From Candidatus Omnitrophota bacterium (GTDB taxonomy: Bacteria; Omnitrophota; Gorgyraeia; Zapsychrales; Zapsychraceae): a DNA stretch of 64,000 nt. Shown piece by piece: positions 36,762-47,395 of the stretch (positions within the stretch are counted from its first letter, which is position 1; every line of letters starts with the position of its first letter). The stretch spans positions 9,619 through 73,618 of the forward strand of contig JAJDCA010000038.1 in NCBI GenBank assembly GCA_029261055.1. The letters are read 5' to 3'. A program made the position numbers and the translations under genes. Below the pieces are notes generated by a model, which was given only the letters and a program-made list of their open reading frames with translations, made no database searches and was not told the DNA's origin.

Positions 36762-37983
36762 TAACTTGCTCTAATTCAGCAATTTTTATTGTATATTCTG
36801 ACAATGATGCAAAATAACTTTGTTTTGTTTCCTGGTAAGCCTTTATATTTTCTAAATATGAAAGAAAAGAAACTTCTCCTTCTTCATATCCTAACGTTGT
36901 AAATCTTAAGATTTCATTGGCTTCTTTAATAGCTTCAATAGATATATCATGAATCTTCTTTGCTAAATCAGCCTCGTGGAACACCGTATAAACCTCCAGA
37001 GCTACTTCATTCTTAATTCGCTTAAGCAATTCCTCTGCTTTTTCTTTTTCCAGTTTTGCTTGGCTTATTTCATTACCTTGAAAGTTCCATATTGGAAGTT
37101 CAAAGGCGACACCAACGCCCCCTTTATATATCTCGTCTTCCCTCTCAACAAACAAACTCAATCCATAGCTTGGCAATCTCTCTCTTTTAGCTAGCTTTAA
37201 TTCTTTATTTTTCTTATCAAATTCGTTTGCTTGAATTATGACGTCTGTACTATCATTCAAAGCAATCTTCAACAACTCTTCGTAAGAACTATCTAACTTC
37301 TCAACATGAAAACTATCTATAAGATTATATTCTTTGGTCATTGGTTGACCTAAAAGAAGATTAATCCTACCCTTATTTATGACATGATCCTTCTGTGAGG
37401 ATAAAAGTTGATTCCTTGCATTGATGACTTCTAATTTTGCTCGAGACAATTCATGATTAACTGCATCGCCAGAATCAAACTTGATTTTAATTTTGTCTAA
37501 AAACTTCTGATTTAATTCCAAGTTTTCTTGAGATAATTCGACTGCTTTTTTAGAAAGTAACGTCTGTGTATATTGCTTTTTAATTTGCTTAACTGTTTCT
37601 AACCAAGCCCTTTTTAATTTAGCCTCTTGCTGTTTCAAATCTTCTTCAGCAATTTTCTTCTTCAATCCTTTTTTCCCCCAACCATCAATAGGTTGAGTTA
37701 CTTTTATTTCACTATCTATGTTTCTTGTACTAAAACTCGAATTGCCCTCTAAATCTTTTGCTAAGTTTCCAACTTCAACTTCAAGCTCTGGGTTATCCCA
37801 TTTTCTTGAAATCTTAAATTGAGTTTCAGCTATTTTTATATCCTTGCGCGCCTCAACCACACTCGGATTATTATCATAAGCAATCTTAAGAGCCTCCTTT
37901 AGAGACAGTTTCTCCTGTGCTTGGGCTTGCCCAGATATAATCAAAAACACTATAATTGTAAAAAAATAGATTTCCCTCGTCAT
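36736..37983 (-). CDS. TolC-family outer-membrane efflux protein (CzcC/CusC-like)
   Basis: Signal peptide and duplicated coiled-coil/beta-barrel repeats. It is first in the operon with the adaptor and the pump. Confidence 0.65.
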   Translation of the reverse strand: MTREIYFFTIIVFLIISGQAQAQEKLSLKEALKIAYDNNPSVVEARKDIKIAETQFKISRKWDNPELEVEVGNLAKDLEGNSSFSTRNIDSEIKVTQPIDGWGKKGLKKKIAEEDLKQQEAKLKRAWLETVKQIKKQYTQTLLSKKAVELSQENLELNQKFLDKIKIKFDSGDAVNHELSRAKLEVINARNQLLSSQKDHVINKGRINLLLGQPMTKEYNLIDSFHVEKLDSSYEELLKIALNDSTDVIIQANEFDKKNKELKLAKRERLPSYGLSLFVEREDEIYKGGVGVAFELPIWNFQGNEISQAKLEKEKAEELLKRIKNEVALEVYTVFHEADLAKKIHDISIEAIKEANEILRFTTLGYEEGEVSFLSYLENIKAYQETKQSYFASLSEYTIKIAELEQVIGKDYKNE

Positions 37984-38037
37984 AAAATGTCCTTTAGTAA
38001 AAACAGTTTTATTTTAGAATTTAAAGTTTTGGACTAA

Positions 38038-38301
38038 TTATAAAAGGGTGATTGGTGGTCTATACGCTGTTGGTAAGAATGGCTCATTGTAGGAAAATCC
38101 CTGAGCCGAAAAGAATTTCGTCGTTACTTCTGGCAAATCTACAGATTGAGTACTCGTTAAAACAGCGCCATGACATGAAGAATGGCACAGAATGACGCCG
38201 TGATGATGCTCCGTGGTTTCTTGATGATCTTCACAAAACGCATCAAGTGGCATAACTGAAATAACAAGTGCAATGAGAATTATGATTCTTATAATTTTCA
38301 T
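38038..38301 (-). CDS. Small His/Cys-rich periplasmic protein (possible metallochaperone)
   Basis: Signal peptide followed by EDHQETTEHHHGVILCHSSCHG. Confidence 0.4.
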   Translation of the reverse strand: MKIIRIIILIALVISVMPLDAFCEDHQETTEHHHGVILCHSSCHGAVLTSTQSVDLPEVTTKFFSAQGFSYNEPFLPTAYRPPITLL

Positions 38302-38362
38302 ATTACAAAGTCTAACATCGGAAAATTAAAAGTCAATTATTTGAATTTCATTGATTTCTTAA

Positions 38363-38767
38363 TTACGTAATCCATATAATCGGCTGACGATCTCCAGTCG
38401 CAAATTTTAGTACATCGATCACATCTAATATGAGTGACAAACTGTTTAGTATGAGAACGGCTCGAATCCAAATACCTAATGGTTCGCCGACTGAAACAAC
38501 ATCAAGTCTACTGAACAAAAAGGGAAGTAAAAGGATCCACGGCCAATGCATTAATCCCAAAAGACGCGTAAACCCCTGCTTCTTGTAAAGGTAAGCTCCT
38601 GTAAATGCACCGACATTTATTGCGACAAAAGCGGCCACCGCTTCAATATGGTTTAAGAAAAACAACGGTGCCGCCATATTCGCCGCCATTAAGGTTGCCA
38701 GCCAAATCCGCCAACCAACCGGAACTTGAAATATTTTGATCATGAATTCTTTCATTAACTTAAACAT
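38363..38767 (-). CDS. Hypothetical membrane protein
   Basis: Four predicted TM helices, no motifs. Confidence 0.4.
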   Translation of the reverse strand: MFKLMKEFMIKIFQVPVGWRIWLATLMAANMAAPLFFLNHIEAVAAFVAINVGAFTGAYLYKKQGFTRLLGLMHWPWILLLPFLFSRLDVVSVGEPLGIWIRAVLILNSLSLILDVIDVLKFATGDRQPIIWIT

Positions 38768-38784
38768 TGTCTACCTCCTCAATT

Positions 38785-39219
38785 TTATACAGTCGTAATG
38801 AATTCAATTCTTATTCCGCCCGGCTCAGTTATCATCATGTGCTTTGCAGGCATGCCAGTTAATGGTTCAGGCGCAAACTCAACAATAACACCGTCTGAAC
38901 TATTTAATTTGTCGTGTAATTGATTAAGCTTCTCCTCTCCATCAATAATAAAAGCAAGATGATGAAGCCCGACGTTTGCATGACGGTCGAATTCAACGAT
39001 CGTCTCGCTTTTAACCTGCCAAAGCGCGATCATCATCTTTCCATCAGTAACAAATGCCGCTGGATAATCAGGAACCTCTCCTATTTTGTCAAACTTAAGC
39101 ACTTTTTCAAAAAACCTAAGTGTTGTTGGGAGGTCCTTGACCGTTAATCCAATGTGATGCACCCCTTGTGTTAAATTTTCTGTTTGGTTTTCATTTTGAT
39201 TTTGTGTTTGAGTTGTCAT
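38785..39219 (-). CDS. VOC-family (glyoxalase/bleomycin-resistance) protein
   Basis: GVHHIGLTVKDL...FFEKVLKF and the paired beta-alpha-beta-beta-beta module. Confidence 0.6.
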   Translation of the reverse strand: MTTQTQNQNENQTENLTQGVHHIGLTVKDLPTTLRFFEKVLKFDKIGEVPDYPAAFVTDGKMMIALWQVKSETIVEFDRHANVGLHHLAFIIDGEEKLNQLHDKLNSSDGVIVEFAPEPLTGMPAKHMMITEPGGIRIEFITTV

Positions 39220-39291
39220 AATTTTTTCTCCTTAAGCGATAAACAAAGTTTATCGCAATAAGGTGTTGCGACGCTTCTACGCAACACCGCG

Positions 39292-39912
39292 CTACTTTCC
39301 CTTTAATTCCCTATTTTCCTCTTTTAATTGATCGATCTGTTCCTTTAAATCATCAATCACCGACCCCATTTCCTCCTCTGTATAACGCGGCTTGATATGT
39401 TGCGGACAATTGATATCAATCATCTTTACATGAAAAACAATGGCCCGCTCAAGCTTGGCTTTATAACTTGAATCATGCAAACTTTCTAAAAGTTCTAGAT
39501 CATCTTCAACAACCTGTGCTTCCCCCCATAATTTTACTCGCCTGCGATTTGGATAATCCATGAGGAAAATATAAGCTTTCTTGTTTTCTTGTAAAGTTCC
39601 AGCCGTGATGTATTGCTTATTTCCAGAATAGTCAGCAAAGGCTAATGTTTCGCGATCCAACATTTTAAGAAAACCTTTTGGACCACCTCTATGTTGGATA
39701 TAAGGTTGTCCATCGGCGCTTGCTGTACCCAAATAAAATGAATCACGCTGAGCAATAAACTCAACCAAGTCATCAGTAACAGCGTTTCTAAAAGCACCTC
39801 GTTCTTCCATCCCGGCGTAACTACCTCGCGAGCCAAACCTTTCCTGCATCTGCTTAACTACGGGTGAAAAAGCTATATCGCTTGTGGGCTTAATCATCAT
39901 TGCCTCCTTCAT
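39292..39912 (-). CDS. Pyridoxamine 5'-phosphate oxidase-family FMN-binding protein with a C-terminal coiled coil
   Basis: The split-barrel segment FYLGTASADGQPYIQHRGGPKGFLKMLD. Confidence 0.55.
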   Translation of the reverse strand: MKEAMMIKPTSDIAFSPVVKQMQERFGSRGSYAGMEERGAFRNAVTDDLVEFIAQRDSFYLGTASADGQPYIQHRGGPKGFLKMLDRETLAFADYSGNKQYITAGTLQENKKAYIFLMDYPNRRRVKLWGEAQVVEDDLELLESLHDSSYKAKLERAIVFHVKMIDINCPQHIKPRYTEEEMGSVIDDLKEQIDQLKEENRELKGK

Positions 39913-40238
39913 AAATAATTTGGATAGTTAGCTGATCGAACAAGATCGCTAATATCATAATGTCGCTTATCAACTTCCTCTTGCCAATCAATAACCTTGT
40001 CAAGGTTGTCATAATATGCCCCTATTCGATCTACGTATGTTCTTTGCATTGTCCTCACCTTCCTTTCTTTAATTAAGGCGTGTCGTCAATTTAACGATAC
40101 GCCCTACATTCCAATTTTAATAATTCTTTGTTTATATTCCTCTTTGATCTTTTTGCCTTTCTGACTCTTCTTTGCTTTCCCCATGATAACCCTCCTTATA
40201 TGAACAGACCACTCTGTTCGTTAGTTAGTCAAAAAAAA

Positions 40239-40838
40239 CTATGAATCCTTACACATTAATTTCTCAATTGACTTACGCGCCTCTTCAACAGGCCATGTTT
40301 CACCATAAATCTGGCTGGCCGTTATAGTCCCTTCGATCAACACGTAATAAGCATTCGAAATAAAATCAACATCGATGTGTTTATATTTAGCCTCAGAATT
40401 CCTCAAATCTTTGGTAAGCTCTCGAATGACTGATTTAAAACCATCCTTCGTATAAATGACCTCTTTGCGCACATTGGATTGAATATCCGTGATTTCAGAG
40501 GTTATATTAAGGAATGCACAGCCTCGGAAATTACAATCCGGTAACCAAATACCCAAAAAGTCCAGTGGTGCCATAAATCTACCTAGCGGTGTACCACATT
40601 TGCTGATCTGGTCCTTTAGCAAACCTGAAAAGATATTGTGGCGCTCATGAAGATAGGCAACACAAAGATCCTCCTTGGATTTAAAATGGTCATAAAAACT
40701 CGCCTTTGAAACGCCGGCTTCCTCTATGATCTGATTGATGCCGGTGGCCAAATAGCCTTGGGCATAAAACAATTCGACGGCCATCTCAATGATCCTTTGT
40801 TTTGGTCCTAAGTTTTTTGTTGCTGTTTTCATACTCAA
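40239..40838 (-). CDS. TetR/AcrR-family transcriptional regulator
   Basis: N-terminal HTH: GYLATGINQIIEEAGVSKASFYDHFKSKEDL. Confidence 0.75.
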   Translation of the reverse strand: MSMKTATKNLGPKQRIIEMAVELFYAQGYLATGINQIIEEAGVSKASFYDHFKSKEDLCVAYLHERHNIFSGLLKDQISKCGTPLGRFMAPLDFLGIWLPDCNFRGCAFLNITSEITDIQSNVRKEVIYTKDGFKSVIRELTKDLRNSEAKYKHIDVDFISNAYYVLIEGTITASQIYGETWPVEEARKSIEKLMCKDS

Positions 40839-40912
40839 AGTATATAACGTACAGACTGGTCTGTCAAGTGTTTTTTAATAATAGGGGACAGCTATTATTA
40901 TTGGAGAGCATT

Positions 40913-41575
40913 TCATTGCCCCTTCTTCGCAACCGCAAAAAGTCTTGGTGGCTTGGGGAAATAAACATGCGTCTCAATTATTTCAAAACCTTCACGGATC
41001 ATTGCCTCTTCTAATTCTGCTATGGTAAAACATTGAATACGGCCAACCCTCATCACCTTACCCATAACAAAAGCAAGAATAGGCCACAGCTTACTTTTTT
41101 CACTCAGGCAAGCTGTTTTAGAAATAAAAAATCCACCCGGCCTTAATAATTCATTGATTCTCTTCATCACCGCTTGCGTATCTTCCAATAAATGAATAAG
41201 GTTAAAAGCCAGAATCACATCAAAGGATTCCTTCTTTAGCTTTTCATCAAACAATGTGGTTTGCGCAAAATTGATGTTCTGAACTTTTTGTTCTTCAGCC
41301 CTTTCTTTGGCAATGGAAATCATATTTGACGAGATATCGGTTGCTGTCATCTCATCAACACATTCAGCCAGCTTGAATGCCGTTGTTCCTGTCCCGCATC
41401 CGATTTCTAAAACAGCCGATTCCCTCTTTAGAAATTTCTTCGTATCATCAAGGGTTTTTTCATAACCTTCTTCGTCTTTAATTTTCGACTTAGAATATTT
41501 ATTTGCCATCTTATCCCAAAATTTTTCTGATTTATTCATAAGCCTCCTTTGCAGATTGAGCAGCCTCCCACCCAA
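40913..41575 (-). CDS. Class I SAM-dependent methyltransferase
   Basis: Motif I VLEIGCGTGTTAFKLA. Post-I acidic residue. Confidence 0.7.
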   Translation of the reverse strand: MGGRLLNLQRRLMNKSEKFWDKMANKYSKSKIKDEEGYEKTLDDTKKFLKRESAVLEIGCGTGTTAFKLAECVDEMTATDISSNMISIAKERAEEQKVQNINFAQTTLFDEKLKKESFDVILAFNLIHLLEDTQAVMKRINELLRPGGFFISKTACLSEKSKLWPILAFVMGKVMRVGRIQCFTIAELEEAMIREGFEIIETHVYFPKPPRLFAVAKKGQ

Positions 41576-42377
41576 TGATTGTTGATTTCCTTATTCCTCC
41601 CCAACGATACTGTCCTATTTCTCCGGTTTCTCTTATAACACGATGGCAAGGAATAATATAAGCGATCGGATTCCTTGCTATAGCTGTTCCAACAGCACGC
41701 GCAGCTTTGGGCTTGCCGATCATTTGTGCAACATTTCCATAGGATAATAGTTGTCCTTTAGGAATCTTTAACAATGCTTCCCATACCTTTATTTGAAAAT
41801 CTGTTCCTTTTATGTCTAAAAGTATTTTCTTTTCAGGAACAATATGTTGATTGAGAAAATCCTGCACTAGCACGGCCTGCCTTCCCTTTTTTTTAACTAA
41901 ATCCGCATTTTTCCATTGTGATCCCAAATAGCTAATTGCCTTTTGTTTATCATCAACAAAACCCAAATGGCAAATACCTTTTTGAGTCTCAGCGATCAAA
42001 ACATTACCAAAATTCGTATTATAAAAACCATAACTAATGCAAACACCTATTCCTTTTGTTTTATATTGACCTGGACTGACAGATTCAATTTTGACAAACA
42101 AATCATGTAATCTGCCCGTACCACTTAATCCCGCATCATAAGAAGCATCAAGTGTTGACTGTCCTTTATCCAAAAGATGCTTTGCATATTTAACAGTTAG
42201 AAATTGAACAAAAGATTTTGGACTTACGCCAGCCCAGTTTTCAAATAATCTTTGAAAATGAAATTTGCTCAAATGAACATATTGCGCAATTTCATCCAAG
42301 GGAGGCTGACTTTGATAATTTTTCTTCAAATAATTAATAGCTTTTTCAATACGTAAATAATTAATTGATTGATTCAT
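41532..42377 (-). CDS. AraC-type HTH fused to methylated-DNA-protein-cysteine methyltransferase (Ada/Ogt-like)
   Basis: N-terminal AraC HTH (LSKFHFQRLFENWAGVSPKSF). C-terminal MGMT active site IPCHRVI. Confidence 0.65.
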   Translation of the reverse strand: MNQSINYLRIEKAINYLKKNYQSQPPLDEIAQYVHLSKFHFQRLFENWAGVSPKSFVQFLTVKYAKHLLDKGQSTLDASYDAGLSGTGRLHDLFVKIESVSPGQYKTKGIGVCISYGFYNTNFGNVLIAETQKGICHLGFVDDKQKAISYLGSQWKNADLVKKKGRQAVLVQDFLNQHIVPEKKILLDIKGTDFQIKVWEALLKIPKGQLLSYGNVAQMIGKPKAARAVGTAIARNPIAYIIPCHRVIRETGEIGQYRWGGIRKSTIIGWEAAQSAKEAYE

Positions 42378-42433
42378 GTGCTAAGTATAAACAAAACAAA
42401 TGGCATGTTCAATCCGATTCTTGCCCTTTCCAT

Positions 42434-42460
42434 AAAAAAGGATCCCGTTGGGGACCCTTA
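42434..42460. terminator. Hairpin AAAAAAGGATCCC-GTTG-GGGACCCTTATTT
   Basis: Near-identical copy of the hairpin at 50637..50658. It is directly adjacent to tRNA-fMet fragment F1. Confidence 0.45.
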
Positions 42461-42469
42461 TTTATTGAT

Positions 42470-42511
42470 TGCGGGAAGCGAATTTGAACCGATGACCTTT
42501 AGGTTATGAGG
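42470..42511 (-). pseudogene. Degenerate copy of the tRNA-fMet 3' half (fragment F1), a candidate island att-site remnant
   Basis: Reverse complement CTCATAACCTAAAGGTCATCGGTTCAAATTCGCTTCCCGCAATCA vs the authentic 3' exon CATAACCTGAAGGTCATCGGTTCAAATCCGGTCCCCGCAACCA. There is no 5' half. Confidence 0.65.
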
Positions 42512-42633
42512 ATGTTATATGACTTTTCTGATAGTTGCTTGTTTTTACTAATGTTTACTGCTGGTAGAGTTTACGAAGAATTAATTTGCTGGTGTTTGCC
42601 TGTTATTAGGCTTGTTTTATTACACATACGTTA

Positions 42634-43866
42634 TCACAAACTTATTTCAATACGCACACCAGCAACTAAAGCATCTTTCATTCCAATTACCGCCCCTGGA
42701 TTAATAACATATTGAAGGTCTGGTTGGATTCTTAATTGGTCATTAATTTGTACGTTATATGTCGCCTCAATGGTCGTTTCATAATCATCTCTTCCGCCCG
42801 CATCAACAATATCATCATTGATCATAGCATAAGCTACCGCAATACCTACCTCATCGTCATCTCGACCTGGAATTAAACCTTTATAGTTAAATCCCCCTCC
42901 AACATACAAATTCACTTCATTCACACGTTTATCATTCATGCCAAACTGAATAAATCCACCAAGCCCTTGATCTTCACGCTCTTCATAAATTTGTTTATCA
43001 ACAATTAAATATCCACCAATATTGTTATTACGTTGAATCGGATCACCGCTAAGATTCAAATCAACGACGTCATCAAAATCTCCAGTGTTATTCCATAAAC
43101 CTAATTTAATAAATCCTGGCAACGATTCTTCATGAAAATGATAGGCTGCTTCTGCTGCAATAAACACACCCGATGAACTATCTAAATCTGAACGAGAAAA
43201 ATGCTCACTCACATCAGGATCGCCTGGGTCTCCATCATACACAGCCAATAATAATTCCCATTGCTCGTCTAATAATGCTTTTATTCTAATTCCTGGTGCA
43301 GCCAACGGAAAAACCGAAGGTCTTGCTCCTGCTGAAATATCAGGTTGAACACCAAAGGAACTGTTAATATACAACCCTCCATATTCCGTAACATTAAACT
43401 CTGAGTTATAGTCATGGAGTCCTAACAAAACTGACAACTGTTCATCTAAAAAAGAATGCTGATACCATAACTCGTAAATACGAAATGTTCGTGGAGCCTC
43501 GATATTACTGACAGTCTGTAAGTCTCCTACAATTTCACCCGTTAATTTTTCCCCACCTGAATTATAAAGACTATAAAAAAAGAACTGTCCATTTTCCCAA
43601 AGACCTAACTTCTTTGTATCTATCTCTAAAGTAATATCCAAATTTGTTAAATAAGTATCCTCTCTTTTAATACCACCCTGTGTATTTGCAAAGTATTCCG
43701 CCGTATATACCGCTTCAAAAGAAATACCTTTATCCTCTAATTGTTTGCGTAATTCTTCGGCCCAAACTTGCTTAGCTTCAAAGATACCATGAAATGTAAG
43801 AATTAAAAACAGAATGGATAATAAGTAAAGTAATTTTTTAATGATATATGTCTTTTTAAATTTCAT
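42634..43866 (-). CDS. Outer-membrane porin-like protein (OprB/carbohydrate-porin-like)
   Basis: Signal peptide. Beta-rich, Gly/Tyr-patterned sequence ending in an aromatic-containing C-terminus. Confidence 0.4.
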   Translation of the reverse strand: MKFKKTYIIKKLLYLLSILFLILTFHGIFEAKQVWAEELRKQLEDKGISFEAVYTAEYFANTQGGIKREDTYLTNLDITLEIDTKKLGLWENGQFFFYSLYNSGGEKLTGEIVGDLQTVSNIEAPRTFRIYELWYQHSFLDEQLSVLLGLHDYNSEFNVTEYGGLYINSSFGVQPDISAGARPSVFPLAAPGIRIKALLDEQWELLLAVYDGDPGDPDVSEHFSRSDLDSSSGVFIAAEAAYHFHEESLPGFIKLGLWNNTGDFDDVVDLNLSGDPIQRNNNIGGYLIVDKQIYEEREDQGLGGFIQFGMNDKRVNEVNLYVGGGFNYKGLIPGRDDDEVGIAVAYAMINDDIVDAGGRDDYETTIEATYNVQINDQLRIQPDLQYVINPGAVIGMKDALVAGVRIEISL

Positions 43867-44147
43867 ATGATGAGACAGTGTATCATCATTGAGTTAACCA
43901 TGTCAATATATTTTATTTTAAGATTTACCGTAGATTTGTTACATATTTGTTATCATTGATAAAACAAACCACATACCACAGCAACATATTAGATTTTTAG
44001 CTATTTATTAACAACATGTTGTGTAGTTCCCTTTTGATCCCCTCTCTCTTCAACCTTCATATTATGAGGGCGAGTGCTTATATTTTAAGTGTTGATAATG
44101 AAGCGGTTAGGATACTTGCGAATTTCGATGTGCCAGATTTGTGCTAT

Positions 44148-44660
44148 TTATGCTACCTCATCAAATTCAGAACGAAAGTGAACCACTCCTGAAAAAGAAC
44201 TTAGGTCCAGATCACTTAAAATCATAATCATAAATGCTTCATCAGGGACTTCCCATTTACAACGAACGCCATACATACTTGCGACCTCAAACCCAAATTT
44301 TGGATAATACTCTGAGTGTCCCAATACTACAACAAAGGGACATTTTCTATTTTTGAGTTCTTCTATTCCTTTCTCAATCAATTTCGACCCTATTCCCTTT
44401 TTCTGATATTCAGGTAATACCGCCATAGGAGCAAGCCCCATCCCTTGATCAATACCTTTTTTCGTCTCGACCTTAACTGGTGTAAAAAGAATATGCCCTA
44501 CAATATGACCATCTTCTTCTGCTACGAGAGATATTATATCCTTACAACTATTTCTCAATTTATCTACAAGGTCAGCTTCAATGGGTTGCTCAAATGCGGC
44601 AAGATTGACTTGTCGAATTGAAATTATATCCTTTAAGTTTTCAGTGCGTACTTTTACCAT
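44148..44660 (-). CDS. GNAT-family N-acetyltransferase
   Basis: Acetyl-CoA-binding motif QKKGIGSKLIEKGIEEL. Confidence 0.7.
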   Translation of the reverse strand: MVKVRTENLKDIISIRQVNLAAFEQPIEADLVDKLRNSCKDIISLVAEEDGHIVGHILFTPVKVETKKGIDQGMGLAPMAVLPEYQKKGIGSKLIEKGIEELKNRKCPFVVVLGHSEYYPKFGFEVASMYGVRCKWEVPDEAFMIMILSDLDLSSFSGVVHFRSEFDEVA

Positions 44661-44710
44661 ATGATAGTAATACCAGGACCAGCTCCCGCGATCTTTTGTA
44701 TTGCTGTTCT

Positions 44711-45211
44711 TTATTCTGAATTAGAGCTTTGCGCCCTATCATTCATATCCTGATACAACCAAACCATGCGATCTAAAAACCAAGTCTTACCCATCATCGT
44801 AATCACTGTTCCAAATACCGTTAACCATACATGAAGAGCTATAAGACCATAAATTGCACAAATAAAACCAATAGAGGTAATCACCTTTATTACATTTAAT
44901 GCGCGTAAATGATGCTTAGGTATTTCAGTCTTAGATTGATTAAGAAATATTCTCTCGCCAAGCACGGCTTTTGAGGCCCAGTTATTAATAGAATCTGGTT
45001 TTTTAAATATACGCGGATTAAACCAAGTCCAAAAACATACCATGACGATAGGAATTAAACACATCCATCCTATCCAAACTCTTGACCAAACAGCAAGACA
45101 TAATAATGGCAAACAAGAATATCTCGTCCAGACACTCCATGGATTAACGTGTCTTTCCCAAACATCATCCGACATTTTAAATATTTTTTCTGCAGTTTTT
45201 TCTATATTCAT
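44711..45211 (-). CDS. Hypothetical membrane protein
   Basis: Three or four TM helices. Confidence 0.4.
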   Translation of the reverse strand: MNIEKTAEKIFKMSDDVWERHVNPWSVWTRYSCLPLLCLAVWSRVWIGWMCLIPIVMVCFWTWFNPRIFKKPDSINNWASKAVLGERIFLNQSKTEIPKHHLRALNVIKVITSIGFICAIYGLIALHVWLTVFGTVITMMGKTWFLDRMVWLYQDMNDRAQSSNSE

Positions 45212-45474
45212 TATTGCTCCTCAACTCGTGCTTTAAGTGCTTGATTCATCAACTCAAAACCATTCTTTGTTTTATCTTCCATACTTCCCCATAATAATAG
45301 GGGCCAGCTGTTAATGCTCAGTAATTAGGTAACTCTTTTGGTATAATAATAACAGCGTTATTAATTTAAACCACTTAAAAACTACCTCCTAAATAGGGGT
45401 ATAAGGGGCTAATTTTGAAATTGGTAAAAAAGAGCTGATGAAAGCAACTCACCAGCTCCTTTTACACGACACCT

Positions 45475-45930
45475 TTAAGAATTAAATCTTCCTCTAAAAT
45501 GATGCCTTTTATACCTTTGCCCATGCGAATGTTTTTTTATCTCCTCAACTAACTTCTTCCTCTGCTCTTGACTTAAACTACTATGAAAATCAGAAACTAC
45601 GCCAACAACTTGAGGAGCCAGTTCATCCACTTGGCTTTGCTTTCTCTCTATTATATTCAACACTTGCTGTTGATCCAAAGAGTCGGCTTCCAACAAAGAA
45701 ACAAATTCCTCTTTAAGCTGTGAATGGTCCCGATTTGTTTCATAGCGAAGGTTTTCAAGCTCCTTATGTAAAAGCACAAGCTTAGCTTTTTGCTGATCAT
45801 CAAGCTGAAGTCTTTTTGAAACAATCTTGATCAATCGATCATTCTTTGAGGAACGATGATCTCGTCCACAACCAGCAATAAAACCGCCAACGGCTATTAT
45901 TGCTATTAAAACTATCCATTTATTATTCAT
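45475..45930 (-). CDS. Spy/CpxP/ZraP-like periplasmic protein
   Basis: Signal peptide/lipobox. Helical repeats with LxxxQ-like motifs and a His-rich C-terminus. Confidence 0.45.
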   Translation of the reverse strand: MNNKWIVLIAIIAVGGFIAGCGRDHRSSKNDRLIKIVSKRLQLDDQQKAKLVLLHKELENLRYETNRDHSQLKEEFVSLLEADSLDQQQVLNIIERKQSQVDELAPQVVGVVSDFHSSLSQEQRKKLVEEIKKHSHGQRYKRHHFRGRFNS

Positions 45931-45944
45931 GTTATTACCTCCTA

Positions 45945-46556
45945 TTAATTATTAGCTAAAACACATACTGCACAAACTGGTTTCAGATTTTTAATTTCTA
46001 CCTTTATATCCTTAAAGCCCGCCTCTAGAAGTTGGGCTGAAATTTTATTCCCTGCATCAATGGCATCTTGATTGGTTGATCTCGGCTTTCTCGGTTGAAA
46101 TGTTATGGCAATCGTGCCATCGACCTTTAGGATACTTTTCAAGTGCATGAAATATTCCACAGGTTTATCCCAGAACATCCAAACATTAACAGAAAAAATC
46201 TTATGAAAAGTCTCTTTTAGTAATTTTAATTCCTCGATCGATCCATTGATCAGCCTTGCCTTTCCACTTCTTACAAATGATGCATTTCTCCTTGAAGCCT
46301 GTTTATGCATAATTTCAGAGTGATCAATGCCTACAACACGACCTTTATTAAGTTTTTGACACACTTGTTCGATGCTTAATCCAGGACCAAAGCCTATTTC
46401 TAAAACTTTGTCATCTGGTTGTATATCCAATAAATTAACTGTCCAGGCATTACGAATACGATTGGACTGCCGATTGGCCATAATTGTTCCAGCCACTTCA
46501 CCCAAAAAACCACTCGGTCTTTTAAATTGAGCCATGACTCCATTCATCGAGTACAT
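45945..46556 (-). CDS. Class I SAM-dependent methyltransferase
   Basis: Motif I VLEIGFGPGLS. Confidence 0.65.
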   Translation of the reverse strand: MYSMNGVMAQFKRPSGFLGEVAGTIMANRQSNRIRNAWTVNLLDIQPDDKVLEIGFGPGLSIEQVCQKLNKGRVVGIDHSEIMHKQASRRNASFVRSGKARLINGSIEELKLLKETFHKIFSVNVWMFWDKPVEYFMHLKSILKVDGTIAITFQPRKPRSTNQDAIDAGNKISAQLLEAGFKDIKVEIKNLKPVCAVCVLANN

Positions 46557-46557
46557 T

Positions 46558-47043
46558 TTATCCCTCCTTTTTGATTACTTGACTCCATTGCTCACTCTCA
46601 AAAGCTTCTCTTATACTTTTTAAAGCTTCAACCGTGATCACCAAATCCTTCTTTGTTACTGATATCCCAAATTTTTTAAGTATTTTTTCTTCCTTGGCAG
46701 ATAGAGAATAATAGAGTTTTTTTCCTTTTTCTGTCATGTTAACCAACTTTGATCTTTTATGAGCCGGATTAGGAATCAATTCAACAATATCCTTTTTTAG
46801 CAGTTCATTAATGATCACTTGAATATGCTGCCTTGATACCGGCCTCATTCTGGCCAACTCTGGGACAGTTAAGGATCCTTTTTTTTCTAAACTTCTTAAA
46901 ACTCCCCTTTGTCCTGCTTTTATCTTTTCCCTTCCATGAATATCCTCCACAACAGCCGCCAATCGATGAAACAGTTTTACGTTTTCAACGAAAAGCGATT
47001 GAAACAATTCGATAGATTGTTCTGTTATTTTTGTTTTTTTCAA
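46558..47043 (-). CDS. MarR-family transcriptional regulator
   Basis: Winged HTH: LTVPELARMRPVSRQHIQVIINELLKKDIV. Confidence 0.7.
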   Translation of the reverse strand: MKKTKITEQSIELFQSLFVENVKLFHRLAAVVEDIHGREKIKAGQRGVLRSLEKKGSLTVPELARMRPVSRQHIQVIINELLKKDIVELIPNPAHKRSKLVNMTEKGKKLYYSLSAKEEKILKKFGISVTKKDLVITVEALKSIREAFESEQWSQVIKKEG

Positions 47044-47395
47044 ATCCCACTCTCCTTTCTGTTGTTTTGTTCCTCCTTTAACTTACTCTCAATATACCAT
47101 ATGACAATATACTTGTCAAGTAGACAACCATATTGTCATTAGTAATGTGAAAACATGTTATTTTAGAAGAATTCTAAATACTTCTTTTCTAGGGAAAATC
47201 GAGGGTAACTCGAAGAAGCTTTTAAAGGTCAACCGTCCTTCAGGCGATAAAGGCAAAGTGCTGTGCTAAAATTTTCAAGCTGGGGATCTTCCGTTCAAGA
47301 GAGTATTGACAATACAATCATTAAATAGTATATTTAGTTAATATAAAGTAATCTAAGTTAGTTTAAATGCATATAAAGACAATAATGGAGGATAT

